In this document: positions 15,544-24,520 of the stretch, piece by piece
Numbering within the stretch: the first letter of the stretch is position 1
Layout: each line of letters starts with the position of its first letter
Assembly: GCA_049644305.1 (NCBI GenBank)
Contig: JBARRQ010000111.1
Span: 4,712 to 68,711 of the forward strand
Length of the DNA: 64,000 nucleotides
Direction of reading: 5' to 3'
Source of the DNA: Gaiellaceae bacterium
GTDB lineage: Bacteria; Actinomycetota; Thermoleophilia; Gaiellales; Gaiellaceae
Program-made: the position numbers and the translations under genes
Notes under the pieces: model-generated
Told to the model about the DNA's origin: nothing
Databases searched by the model: none
The model's input: the letters and a program-made list of their open reading frames with translations, nothing else

Positions 15544-16278
15544 TTACACCGTTACTTCTTCCTGAGCTCCTTCCAGTTCCTCTACCAGGCCGCGGGTCCT
15601 CGCCGGATCGACGTGGATACCCGGGCTCATCGTGCTCGTCAATGTAACCGTTTTGATGTAGCGCCCCTTCGCCGCCGCCGGCTTCGCGCGCATGATCTCG
15701 TCGATCAAGGCCGCGTAGTTCTCGAGCAGCCGGCGCTCGTCGAAGCTCTTCTTCCCGATCGAGACGTGGACGTTTGCACCACGGTCGGTGCGGTACTCGA
15801 GCTTGCCGGCCTTCGCTTCCTGCACAGCCTTCGCGACGTCCATCGTCACGGTGCCGGTCTTCGGGTTGGGCATCTTGCCCCGCGGGCCGAGAATGCGGCC
15901 GAGCTTGCCGACAACGCTCATCTGGTCCGGCGTCGCAATCGCTACGTCGAAGTCGTCGAAGCCCTCCTCGATCTGCTTCGCCAGGTCCGCTGTTCCGACG
16001 ACGTCCGCCCCCGCTTCCTGCGCCTCGCGCGCCTTCTCACCCTCGGCGAAGACCGCCACCCGCGACTCGCGACCTGTGCCGTGCGGAAGCATCAGGGTGC
16101 CCCGTAGTTGCTGCTCGGCATGGCGGACGTTGAGGCCGAGGTTGAAGTGCGCCTCGACCGTCTCATCGAAGTCGGCCGTCGGGAAGCCCTTCAGCAGCCT
16201 GATCGCCTCGACCGGCGAGTAGAGCTGCTCGCGGTCGATCTGCGAGCGCGCGTTGCGGTAGTTCTTGCCGTGCTTCAC
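15544..16278 (-). CDS. rplA: 50S ribosomal protein L1
   Basis: The 244-aa ORF shows full L1 similarity and overlaps rplK by 4 nt. Confidence 0.97.
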   Translation of the reverse strand: MKHGKNYRNARSQIDREQLYSPVEAIRLLKGFPTADFDETVEAHFNLGLNVRHAEQQLRGTLMLPHGTGRESRVAVFAEGEKAREAQEAGADVVGTADLAKQIEEGFDDFDVAIATPDQMSVVGKLGRILGPRGKMPNPKTGTVTMDVAKAVQEAKAGKLEYRTDRGANVHVSIGKKSFDERRLLENYAALIDEIMRAKPAAAKGRYIKTVTLTSTMSPGIHVDPARTRGLVEELEGAQEEVTV

Positions 16279-16700
16279 AGGTCCGTTTCGACTCCCATCG
16301 AGCGCGCCGTGCCGGCGATGACCTTCATCGCTTGGTCCACGTCGCGCGCGTTCAGGTCGGGCATCTTCGTCTCCGCGATCTGACGCAGTTGGTCCCGGGT
16401 CAGGCGGCCAACCTTCTCCCGGTTCGGCTCGCCGGAGCCCTTCTCGAGACGCAACGCCTCCTTGATCAGGACGGCCGCCGGCGGCGTCTTCGTGATGAAG
16501 TCGAAGGAACGGTCTTCGTAGACCGTGATCTCGACGGGGATGATGCGGCCGTTCTCCTGCGCGGTCTGCGCATTGAACGCCTTGCAGAACTCCATGATGT
16601 TCACCCCGTGCTGGCCGAGCGCGGGGCCGACCGGTGGAGCCGGGTTGGCCTGCCCGCCGGGGATCTGGAGCTTGATCAGTGTCAGAACCTTCTTGGCCAT
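16275..16700 (-). CDS. rplK: 50S ribosomal protein L11
   Basis: …[22 protein letters not shown]…, 141 aa. Confidence 0.97.
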   Translation of the reverse strand: MAKKVLTLIKLQIPGGQANPAPPVGPALGQHGVNIMEFCKAFNAQTAQENGRIIPVEITVYEDRSFDFITKTPPAAVLIKEALRLEKGSGEPNREKVGRLTRDQLRQIAETKMPDLNARDVDQAMKVIAGTARSMGVETDL

Positions 16701-16702
16701 GA

Positions 16703-17233
16703 CTAGTCGATCTTCTTCACCTGGTCGAAGCCGAGCTCGACGGGGACCTGGCGCTCGAAGATGTCGACGAGCACCTTGAGCTTCTGCTGGTCGGGATTGA
16801 CGTCCACGATCTCGCCGTCGAAGTCCGAAAGCGGGCCGGAGGTGACCTTCACCGACTCGCCGAGCGAGAATTCGACCTGCGCGCGTGGGCGCTCGCCGAC
16901 CGCCGCGCCCGTGCGCAGGATGCGGTCGACCTCGCCCTGCGAGAGGGGTACCGGCTTTGAGCCGGCCCCGACGAAGCCGGTCACGCCGGGCGTGTTCTTG
17001 ACGACGGTCCAGGCCTCGTCGTTCAGGTCCATGTTCACGAGGACGTAGCCGGGCAGAATCCGCTTCTCGGTCTGCACCTTCTGGCCGTCACGGGTTTCGA
17101 CGACCTGCTCCGTCGGAACGACGACCCGGCGAAAGCGCGGCTGCTGCCCCATCGAGTCGATCCGGTGCTCGAGATTCGCCTTCACTTTGTTCTCGTGTCC
17201 CGAATAGGTGTTGATGGCATACCAGCGGAACAC
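16703..17233 (-). CDS. nusG: Transcription termination/antitermination factor NusG
   Basis: NGN domain ([17 protein letters not shown]…) and a KOW motif ([21 protein letters not shown]). Confidence 0.96.
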   Translation of the reverse strand: MFRWYAINTYSGHENKVKANLEHRIDSMGQQPRFRRVVVPTEQVVETRDGQKVQTEKRILPGYVLVNMDLNDEAWTVVKNTPGVTGFVGAGSKPVPLSQGEVDRILRTGAAVGERPRAQVEFSLGESVKVTSGPLSDFDGEIVDVNPDQQKLKVLVDIFERQVPVELGFDQVKKID

Positions 17234-17234
17234 G

Positions 17235-17570
17235 CTACTGCCCCAGGAGCACGTGCTGGACGAATCGCTTGAAGACCTGGTCGGCGAGGAACAGGTAGGT
17301 GCCGACGATCACACAGGCGATCAGGACGACGGCCGTTCCTTGGATCAGCTGCTGCCGGCCGGGCCACTCGACCTTGTTCAGCTCTGCCCATGACTCGTTC
17401 ACGAACCGCCGGATACCCCCGCCCGGCAGCTGGCGTCCAACGTCCTGACTCCTGACGGGCTCCATCGCCGGCCTGATCGGGGGACGAGCGGGAGCGCGGT
17501 CGACCGCCGCCTTGCTCTCGGCTTGTGCGGCGCGGCGGGCGCGGCGCTCGGAGCGAGTTTGACGGGCCAT
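17235..17570 (-). CDS. secE: Preprotein translocase subunit SecE (with basic N-terminal extension)
   Basis: C-terminal …FVNESWAELNKVEWPGRQQLIQGTAVVLIACVIVGTYLFLAD… Position upstream of nusG. Start trimmed to MARQTRSE (ATG 17570), which overlaps the rpmG stop by 1 nt. Confidence 0.85.
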   Translation of the reverse strand: MARQTRSERRARRAAQAESKAAVDRAPARPPIRPAMEPVRSQDVGRQLPGGGIRRFVNESWAELNKVEWPGRQQLIQGTAVVLIACVIVGTYLFLADQVFKRFVQHVLLGQ

Positions 17571-17731
17571 TACCTGGTTTCCCGGTGGAGGGTATGGCGC
17601 CCGCACCAGCGGCAGTACTTGCGGAACTCGACGCGGTCCGGCGTGTTCCGCTTCGATTTCTGGGTCTGGTAATTGCGCCGCTTGCAGTCCGTGCAGGCGA
17701 GCGTGATTCCAACTCTGACTCCGGTTGCCAT
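17570..17731 (-). CDS. rpmG: 50S ribosomal protein L33 (zinc-ribbon type)
   Basis: Hand-translated 53-aa ORF, too short for the track: [53 protein letters not shown]. It has CxxC…CxxC and a TAA stop. Confidence 0.9.
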   Translation of the reverse strand: MATGVRVGITLACTDCKRRNYQTQKSKRNTPDRVEFRKYCRWCGRHTLHRETR

Positions 17732-17763
17732 GTCCTGTTCTCTTGTTCCGAGTATGCGAGGAG

Positions 17764-17837
17764 TAGCGGCGGGAGGACTCGAACCTCCGACACGCGGATT
17801 ATGATTCCGCTGCTCTAACCAACTGAGCTACGCCGCC
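17764..17837 (-). tRNA. tRNA-Met (anticodon CAT), elongator-like; a lysidine-modified Ile2 cannot be excluded
   Basis: Cloverleaf GGCGGCG-TA-GCTC AGTTGGTTA GAGC-A-GCGGA ATCATAA TCCGC-GTGTC-GGAGG TTCGAGT CCTCC-CGCCGCT-A. No CCA is encoded. It lies 32 nt upstream of rpmG. Confidence 0.9.
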
Positions 17838-17951
17838 CCGCGCGGCTGAGTGTAGCGAACGCGCGTCCAAGCGTCCTGTACGGGTTCGGCGGCCACGGTA
17901 CCTTCGACCTTATTTGGCGGCCACGCCGGCAAAGCCGGCGCGGCCTCTTGG

Positions 17952-17971
17952 CGGCATCGCAAGCGATGCCT
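17952..17971. repeat. Copy A of a 20-nt element containing an 18-bp perfect palindrome, GGCATCGC-AA-GCGATGCC
   Basis: The reverse complement is identical to the copy at 53543-53562 (AGGCATCGCTTGCGATGCCG). This copy lies 24 nt upstream of the ABC ATPase start. Confidence 0.6.
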
Positions 17972-17994
17972 TCGTTCCTCGCTAGGCTCCGGCC

Positions 17995-18963
17995 GTGGCT
18001 GCGATCGAGGCAGTGGACTTGCGGCGGACCTATCGCACGACCACCGGGACTCTTCGACGGAAGACGAAGGAGATCGAGGCCGTGCGGGGCGTCAGCTTCG
18101 CGATCGAGCCGGGCGAGCTTTTCGGGCTTCTTGGGCCGAACGGCGCCGGCAAGACGACCACGATCAAGATGCTTATCACGCTGCTGATCCCGACCGCGGG
18201 GACCGCTCGAGTGCTCGGGCTCGACGTGGTGAAGGACGCACGCGAGGTTCGCAAGCGGATCGGCTACGTCTTCGGCGGGGAGCGCGGCGTCTATGAGCGT
18301 CTCTCCGGCTACGACAACCTCCGCTATTTCGCCGAGCTCTACGGGGTCCCCGCGCGTGAACAGAAGCGGCGAATCGAGCAGCTGCTGGAGCTCGTGGGGC
18401 TGAAAGGCCGCGAGCACGAGCGGGCGGAAGGGTATTCGCGCGGGATGAAGCAGCGCCTGCACGTCGCACGGGGCCTCTTGCACGACCCCGAGGTGCTCTT
18501 TCTCGACGAGCCGACGATCGGTCTCGACCCGGTCGGCGCCAGGGAGGTGCGCGCCATGATCGCCTCGCTCACGGCCGCCGGCAAGACGATCCTCCTCACG
18601 ACCCACTACATGTTCGAGGCGGATTCGCTCTGCGACCGGATCGCCGTGATCGCGCAGGGGAGCATCGTCGCGGAGGGAACGCCGGTCGAGCTCAAGCGCG
18701 GGGTTGCCGAGGGCACTGTCGTCGAGATCGAGGTCTACGGCATCGCCGAGGAGACGGTCGAGCGGGTACGAGGCTTGAACGGCGTCGTCGCCGTCGCCGT
18801 CGAGGAACGCGAGCAGGCCCAGGTTCTGGTGGTACAGACGGTGCCCGAGCTCGAGCTGACGCAATCGATTCTCGGCCACCTGGACGGTGCCGAGATCGGG
18901 CGGATCTCCCAGCGCGAGCCGACGCTCGAGGACGCCTACGTGGCCCTGGTGACGGAGGCATGA
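17995..18963 (+). CDS. ABC transporter ATP-binding protein (ABC-2/DrrA-like exporter type)
   Basis: Walker A GPNGAGKTT, signature YSRGMKQRL, Walker B LFLDEPT. GTG start. Confidence 0.93.
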   Translation: MAAIEAVDLRRTYRTTTGTLRRKTKEIEAVRGVSFAIEPGELFGLLGPNGAGKTTTIKMLITLLIPTAGTARVLGLDVVKDAREVRKRIGYVFGGERGVYERLSGYDNLRYFAELYGVPAREQKRRIEQLLELVGLKGREHERAEGYSRGMKQRLHVARGLLHDPEVLFLDEPTIGLDPVGAREVRAMIASLTAAGKTILLTTHYMFEADSLCDRIAVIAQGSIVAEGTPVELKRGVAEGTVVEIEVYGIAEETVERVRGLNGVVAVAVEEREQAQVLVVQTVPELELTQSILGHLDGAEIGRISQREPTLEDAYVALVTEA

Positions 18964-19730
18964 GGACGCTGCGGCTCCTCGCGATTGGCTGGTACTTCCA
19001 GTTCAAGATGATCAGCCGGTCGCCGTTCGAGGGCATTGGCAATGTGATCTACCCCCTCTTCTTCGCCACGGTCGCGTTCTTCGTCTTCAGGGCGGGCCAC
19101 AGCCCGCGGACGCTCCTCTACGCCTCGCTGGGCGCCGCGGTCATGGGGATGTGGTCGTCGGTGAGCACGACCTCCGGCGGCGCGATGCAGCGGGAGCGTT
19201 GGTGGGGGACGCTCGAGTTGCTCGTCGCCGCCCCGCGCCACTTCTCTCTCATTCTGCTGCCGGTGACCCTCGGGATGGCGACGATCGGCCTCTACAGCTT
19301 CGTTGCGACCCTGCTTTGGGGCCGCTTCCTGTTCGGAGTACATCTCTCCATCGCCCATCCGGTGCTGTTCGGGCTGGCGGTCATTGGAACAGTCGTGTCC
19401 TTCGGCGGCCTCGGCTTCCTCTTCGCGGTCTCCTTCGTTCGCTTCCGGTCCGCGTGGGTGCTCGGAAACTTCTTCGAGTACCCGGTCTGGCTCATCGGTG
19501 GGTTCCTCGTGCCCTTGGCGCTCCTCCCGGCCTGGGTGCATCCGATCTCCTGGGCGCTGGCGCCGACCTGGGGGATGAACGCGATCCGCGAGGCGGCGCT
19601 CGGCGGCTCACCGCTCGGAGACCTCGGCCTCTGCGTCGGGCTCGGTCTGGGCTACGTGGCGTTGGGAGTGGTGATCACCGACCGCGTGCTCCGGGCGGCA
19701 CGAATCAGCGGCTCCCTCTCGTTGACGTGA
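18960..19730 (+). CDS. ABC-2 type transporter permease
   Basis: 256-aa polytopic membrane protein with an ATGA overlap to the ATPase gene. Confidence 0.88.
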   Translation: MRTLRLLAIGWYFQFKMISRSPFEGIGNVIYPLFFATVAFFVFRAGHSPRTLLYASLGAAVMGMWSSVSTTSGGAMQRERWWGTLELLVAAPRHFSLILLPVTLGMATIGLYSFVATLLWGRFLFGVHLSIAHPVLFGLAVIGTVVSFGGLGFLFAVSFVRFRSAWVLGNFFEYPVWLIGGFLVPLALLPAWVHPISWALAPTWGMNAIREAALGGSPLGDLGLCVGLGLGYVALGVVITDRVLRAARISGSLSLT

Positions 19731-20515
19731 TCGTCGCGCTCCGGATCTTCGCCGTCGGAGGCTTGACGAGCTTTCGGGCGCTCTTCTACTGGCTCAACCC
19801 GTGGATCTACATCCCGACCCTGCTGGTCGCGCCGATCTTCCAGATCTTGCTCTTCGCCTACGTGGGACGCTCTGCTCACTTGCGCTCCGACGAGTTCTAT
19901 GTGCTGGGCAACGCGCTCCAGTACGCCTCGATTCCGTGCCTGTTCGCGATGGCGCAGTCGATCGGAGGGGAGCGCTACCAGAACACCCTGGGCGCGATCC
20001 TCGTCAGCCCGGCTGGGCGCTTCCCACTCTTCTTCGGCCGCTCGCTGCCTGTGGTGATCAACGGCGCCTTCGTGTCCGCGGTCTCGCTGGCCGTGGGCTG
20101 CCTCATCCTCGGTGTGCATCTGCCTGCCTCTTCGCTCGCGCCGATTGCCCTGGTCGTCCTGATCGCCGCTTTCTCCTGCACAGGGCTAGGCCTGGTCAAC
20201 GCCGGGGTCAGCCTGCGGATCCGGGAGAACGCCGTGCTCTCGAACGTGATCTTCGGCTTCCTACTGATCTTCACCGGCGCAAACGTGCCGCTCGACGTGC
20301 TGCCCGGCTGGATGAGCACGGCGGCACAGGGAATGCCCTTCACCCACGCGATCGCCGCGGCCCGACGGCTTGCCGCCGGCGCCGGCCTCGGCGATGTCGG
20401 CGGGCTCGTGGGCGCGGAGCTGCTCGTAGGCGTGGTCTACGCTCTCATCGGGTTCATGCTGTTGCGCTGGCTCGAGATCCAGGGCCGGCGTCACGCGACA
20501 CTCGAGCGTTCGTGA
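19727..20515 (+). CDS. Second ABC-2 type transporter permease
   Basis: The hydrophobic coding-like part of track ORF 19151-20515 begins at a GTG in a GTGA overlap with the previous stop (VIVALRIFAVGGLTSF…). Confidence 0.85.
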   Translation: MIVALRIFAVGGLTSFRALFYWLNPWIYIPTLLVAPIFQILLFAYVGRSAHLRSDEFYVLGNALQYASIPCLFAMAQSIGGERYQNTLGAILVSPAGRFPLFFGRSLPVVINGAFVSAVSLAVGCLILGVHLPASSLAPIALVVLIAAFSCTGLGLVNAGVSLRIRENAVLSNVIFGFLLIFTGANVPLDVLPGWMSTAAQGMPFTHAIAAARRLAAGAGLGDVGGLVGAELLVGVVYALIGFMLLRWLEIQGRRHATLERS

Positions 20516-21222
20516 TGCGAATCAGCGACTGCAACTGGATGCAGATCGAGGAGTACCTCGAGCGGGACGACCGGATCCTGCTTCCCGTCGGCTCGACCGA
20601 GCAGCACGGATACCTCTCGCTCGAGACGGACAACATCCTCGCCGAGCGGATCGCGGTCGAGGCCGCGGAGCCGCTGGGAGTGCTCGTCCTCCCAGTGCTG
20701 CCCTACGGCCTGACGCCTGCTTTCGCTGCCTTCCCGGGCAGCCCGTCACTGCGGTTCGAGACCTACGCGGCCGTCCTCGGCGACCTGCTCGACTCTTTGC
20801 ACGGCCAGGGCTTCCGCCGCTTCCTGTTCGTCAACGGGCACGGCGGAAACGTCCCAGCGGCGGGCTTCGTGCGTGAGTGGGTCGGCGCGCACCCCGACGC
20901 GCAGGCGATCTTCCACAGCTGGTGGTCGAGCGAGCGGGTGCTCGCCGCAGCGCGGGAGATCGACCCTGAGCCGAGCCACGCGAACTGGTTCGAGAACTTC
21001 CCGTGGACCCGCCTCGAAGGAGTTCGGCTGCCGGAAGGACGAAAGCCGAAGCTCGACGAGGCCGCCTACCGCGTCGCTGGGCCCGAGGCGATGCGAGAGC
21101 TTCTCGGCGACGGAGTCTTCGAGGGCGCCTACGCACTGCCGGACGAGCAGGTGGCACCGGTCTGGCAAGCGGGCGTCGAGGAGGTGCGGGACCTCCTCGA
21201 GAGCGGATGGCGGTCAGGCTGA
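20515..21222 (+). CDS. Creatininase-family amidohydrolase
   Basis: MRISDCNWMQIEEYL…LPVGSTEQHG…FVNGHGGN… (creatinine amidohydrolase/MftE/ArfB family motifs). The ATG overlaps the upstream stop by 1 nt. Confidence 0.85.
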   Translation: MRISDCNWMQIEEYLERDDRILLPVGSTEQHGYLSLETDNILAERIAVEAAEPLGVLVLPVLPYGLTPAFAAFPGSPSLRFETYAAVLGDLLDSLHGQGFRRFLFVNGHGGNVPAAGFVREWVGAHPDAQAIFHSWWSSERVLAAAREIDPEPSHANWFENFPWTRLEGVRLPEGRKPKLDEAAYRVAGPEAMRELLGDGVFEGAYALPDEQVAPVWQAGVEEVRDLLESGWRSG

Positions 21223-21881
21223 CGCTCGCTGTGCTCGCTGCGCTTGCCGTCTCGTCGAGCGGCGGCGAGATCGACCGCCTTCCCACGCGCGCGAAGATCG
21301 TCGCCCTCACCTTCGACGCCGGGGGTAACGACGCCGGTGCTGCGCGGCTGGTGCGGACACTCGAACGCGATCACGTGCGGGCCACGTTCTTCCTCACCGG
21401 CCGCTTCGCGCGCACCTATCCCCGGCTCGCGCGCACGCTCGGCCGGCGCTTCGCGATCGGCAACCACACGTACAGCCATCCGAACCTGACCGGGCTTCCC
21501 TCGCCGCTCGTGCGCCAGGAGATCCAGCGCGGCGCCTTTTGGATCCGGGCGAAAACCGGGCGCGATCCGCGCCCGCTCTTCCGCTTCCCCTACGGCGCCC
21601 GAGACGCGCGAACCATTGCGATCGCCCGCTCGCTCGGTTACGCGGACGTCTACTGGTCGACCGATACGTGGGGGTGGATGGGCTCCCCCGCGCAGTCCCG
21701 CGCCGGAGTCGTCCACCGGGTTCTCGAGCGCGTCCGGCCGGGCGAGATCGTGCTGATGCACGTGGGCGCCTCGAGGGACGGCTCCACCTTGGACGCGGCC
21801 GCGCTTCCGACAGTGATCCGGGACCTCCGCGCTCGTGGGTATCGCTTCGTCACGCTGCGTCCCTGGGTGCGCCGGGCGTGA
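21207..21881 (+). CDS. Secreted polysaccharide deacetylase (NodB homology domain)
   Basis: Signal peptide MAVRLTLAVLAALAVSSSGG, then LTFDAGGND, NHTYSHP and FRFPYG motifs. It overlaps the upstream gene by 16 nt. Confidence 0.85.
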   Translation: MAVRLTLAVLAALAVSSSGGEIDRLPTRAKIVALTFDAGGNDAGAARLVRTLERDHVRATFFLTGRFARTYPRLARTLGRRFAIGNHTYSHPNLTGLPSPLVRQEIQRGAFWIRAKTGRDPRPLFRFPYGARDARTIAIARSLGYADVYWSTDTWGWMGSPAQSRAGVVHRVLERVRPGEIVLMHVGASRDGSTLDAAALPTVIRDLRARGYRFVTLRPWVRRA

Positions 21882-22456
21882 AGAGTGACGATCCCGTCGC
21901 GCTTTTCAACCAATGGCTTTCCGAGGCGAGGGAGGCAGGGTTGCCGCTTCCGGAGGCGATGACGCTCGCGACCGCCGACTCCTCCGGACGTCCTTCGGCG
22001 CGAATGCTGCTGTTGAAGGGGGCCGACGAGCACGGCTTCACGTTCTTCACCGGCTACGACAGCCGCAAGGGTCGCGAGCTCGATGAGAACCCGCGGGCGG
22101 CAATCGTCGTCTACTGGCACCCGCTCGGCCGCCAGGTGCGCATCGAGGGACCGGTGCGGAAAGTCTCGCCGCAGGAGTCGGACGCGTACTGGGCAACCCG
22201 TCCGCCGCGGAGCCGCGCGGCCGCCGCCGCCTCGGACCAGAGCTCCGCAATCGAGAGCCTGGAAGAGCTGGAGGCGGAGGCCGCGCGCTTGCTCGCCGAG
22301 CACTCCGGCGAGGTTCCGCGCCCAGACCGATGGGGCGGCTACGTCCTCGAGCCCGAGGCAATCGAGCTCTGGCAGCACCGCGACGACCGTCTACACGAGC
22401 GAGTCAGGTACACGCGCGCGCGCGAGGGCTGGCGGGTGGAGAGGCTCGCTCCCTAG
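21878..22456 (+). CDS. pdxH: Pyridoxamine 5'-phosphate oxidase
   Basis: …SARMLLLKG…, …RIEG…, …RPDRWGGY…ELWQHRDDRLHERVRY… GTG start in a GTGA overlap. Confidence 0.9.
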   Translation: MKSDDPVALFNQWLSEAREAGLPLPEAMTLATADSSGRPSARMLLLKGADEHGFTFFTGYDSRKGRELDENPRAAIVVYWHPLGRQVRIEGPVRKVSPQESDAYWATRPPRSRAAAAASDQSSAIESLEELEAEAARLLAEHSGEVPRPDRWGGYVLEPEAIELWQHRDDRLHERVRYTRAREGWRVERLAP

Positions 22457-23448
22457 GCGCGGATGCAGGCGGCTCGCTGCCCTGGGGCCACGGGCTCCAG
22501 CGCGGGATCGACCTGCCGGCACTCCGGGATCGCGATCGGACAGCGCGGGTGGAAGCGGCAGCCCTCGGGGATCCGCACGGCGTCAGGGGTCTCGCCGGAA
22601 AGGATCTCGGGCCTGATCCGCTCGCGAGGGTCGCGACGCGGCACGACCGAGAGCAATGCCTTGGTATACGGGTGACGCGGGTCCCGCACGACGGCCTCGG
22701 CAGGGCCTTCCTCGACGATGCGGCCGAGGTACATGACGGCGATGCGGTCGGCGAAGCGGGCGGCCGTGGAGAGGTCGTGGGTGATCATGAGGATGCCGAG
22801 CCCGCCTTCCCGGAGGCGGTCGAGGAGAGCGAGCACGCCCGCACGTACGGAAACGTCGAGCATCGAGACGGGCTCGTCGGCGACGAGCAGGTCGGGACTG
22901 AGCACGATGCTTGCCGCGATTGCGACCCGCTGGCGCTGACCGCCGGAGAGCTCGTGTGGATAGCGCTCCAGGAAGAGCTCGGGCGGCGTCAGCTCGACGC
23001 GCGTTAGCGCGTCTCTGACGAGCTCGAGCCTTTCTGCCCGCGAGCCGCCGGCCCGGTGGATGAGCAGCGGCTCCTCGACTGTTGCCCCCACGGACAACCG
23101 TGGGTCGAGCGACTCGTAAGGATCCTGGTAGATGATCTGCATGCGCCGCCGGAGAGGACGCAGAGCGCGGTGGGACAGCATCGTGATGTCCTGTCCGTCG
23201 AAGCTGACCCGCCCTCCGTCAGGCTCCAGCAGCCGCAGAACCGTCTGTCCGGTGGTCGTCTTCCCGCAGCCTGACTCGCCGACGAGCGCAAGCAGCTCGC
23301 CCCGCCGAAGCCCGAAGCTGACGCCGTCGACCGCGTGCACCCTCTGCTCCGGCCGGCGCCTGAGCGTGCCGAGAAGTCCCCGCGGGACGGGGTATTGGAC
23401 GACGAGGTCCTCGATCTCGACGAGTGGCCCGGCACCGTTGGAAGTCAT
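22453..23448 (-). CDS. Oligopeptide/dipeptide ABC transporter ATP-binding protein (OppF/DppF-like)
   Basis: GESGCGKTT, LSGGQRQR, and a C-terminal oligopeptide-type extension with CRFHPRCP. Confidence 0.93.
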   Translation of the reverse strand: MTSNGAGPLVEIEDLVVQYPVPRGLLGTLRRRPEQRVHAVDGVSFGLRRGELLALVGESGCGKTTTGQTVLRLLEPDGGRVSFDGQDITMLSHRALRPLRRRMQIIYQDPYESLDPRLSVGATVEEPLLIHRAGGSRAERLELVRDALTRVELTPPELFLERYPHELSGGQRQRVAIAASIVLSPDLLVADEPVSMLDVSVRAGVLALLDRLREGGLGILMITHDLSTAARFADRIAVMYLGRIVEEGPAEAVVRDPRHPYTKALLSVVPRRDPRERIRPEILSGETPDAVRIPEGCRFHPRCPIAIPECRQVDPALEPVAPGQRAACIRA

Positions 23449-23545
23449 GCGCGAACCTTCTGACGAACTTGGTATCGACCGGTCAGTTCAGACGGCCGCG
23501 CGGGCAAAGCCCGCGCTGCCTGAGAGAGACACCGCAAGCGGCGTC

Positions 23546-24520
23546 TCATGCCGGGACCTCGGCGGCGACGTCGTTCAGGTGGCAGGCAGCGGCGCGCTTG
23601 CCCCCGAGATCCTTGAGGAGCGGCCGCTCGTCGGAACAGCGCGCGAAAGCTCGGTCACAGCGCGGCTGGAACGGGCAGCCGACGAGCGGGCGGTCGAGCC
23701 GCGGCGGTGCGCCGGGGATGGAGATCGGCGACTCGCCGCCGTAGAGATCGGGCGTCGCGGCGAAGAGCAGGCGCGTGTAGGGGTGGCGGGGGTCGTGGTA
23801 GAGGGCGTCGACCGAGCCCTCCTCGACGATCTCGCCCGCGTACATCACCGCCGCGCGGTCGCAAAGCTGCGCCACCACGGGCAGGTCATGAGTGACGAGC
23901 AGGAGCGCGAGCCCGAAGTCGCGGCAGAGGCCGTCGAGGAGCTCGAGGATCTGCGCCTGCACCATTACGTCGAGCGCCGTCGTCGGCTCGTCCGCGATCA
24001 GCACGCTCGGGTTGCAGGCGAGCGCCATCGCGATCGCCGCCCGCTGGCGCATGCCGCCCGAGAACTCGTGCGGAAAACGGTCGGCGCGGTGCGCGGGGAT
24101 GCCGACCGACTCGAGCAGCTCTCCGACACGGGCGCGCGCCTCGCGGCCCGAGCTGCGGCCGTGCAGCTCCAGCGCTTCGCTGATCTGCGACCCCACCGTC
24201 TTGACCGGGTTGAGGGCATTCATGGCGCCCTGGAAGACGATCGCGAGGTCGACCCAGCGGTGCGGCCGGATCGTCTCCTCGCCGCCGGCGAGGATGTCGC
24301 TGCCGTTTAGGAGCACGCGGCCGGAGACGCTCGCACTCGGGGGGAGAAGCCCGAGCAGGCCGAGCACGGTCGTGGTCTTTCCGCAACCCGACTCGCCCAC
24401 GAGACCGAGGCGCTCGCCCGGGTCGAGCGAGAGGCTCACGCCCTGGACGGCGTGCAGCTCCTGGGCGCCGGGGAGATCGAACCAGACGTGCAGCTCCTCC
24501 AGCTCGAGCAGGGCGCTCAA
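23546..24520 (-). CDS. Oligopeptide/dipeptide ABC transporter ATP-binding protein (OppD/DppD-like)
   Basis: GESGCGKTT, FSGGMRQR, CPFQPRC. The start was trimmed from the 738-aa track ORF to a TTG in a TTGA overlap with the permease stop. Confidence 0.9.
   Translation of the reverse strand: MSALLELEELHVWFDLPGAQELHAVQGVSLSLDPGERLGLVGESGCGKTTTVLGLLGLLPPSASVSGRVLLNGSDILAGGEETIRPHRWVDLAIVFQGAMNALNPVKTVGSQISEALELHGRSSGREARARVGELLESVGIPAHRADRFPHEFSGGMRQRAAIAMALACNPSVLIADEPTTALDVMVQAQILELLDGLCRDFGLALLLVTHDLPVVAQLCDRAAVMYAGEIVEEGSVDALYHDPRHPYTRLLFAATPDLYGGESPISIPGAPPRLDRPLVGCPFQPRCDRAFARCSDERPLLKDLGGKRAAACHLNDVAAEVPA

Noticed and set aside
17764-17837. tRNA(CAT) as the initiator tRNA-fMet.
   Set aside because: The acceptor end is paired (G1-U72) rather than a C1xA72 mismatch. 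The anticodon stem (GCGGA/TCCGC) lacks the three consecutive G-C pairs typical of initiators. It was called elongator Met, with Ile2-lysidine not excluded.
17815-18879. A 354-aa minus-strand ORF covering the tRNA-Met 5' flank and the ABC ATPase gene.
   Set aside because: It is antisense to a clear Walker A/B ABC ATPase and has low-complexity composition. It is spurious.
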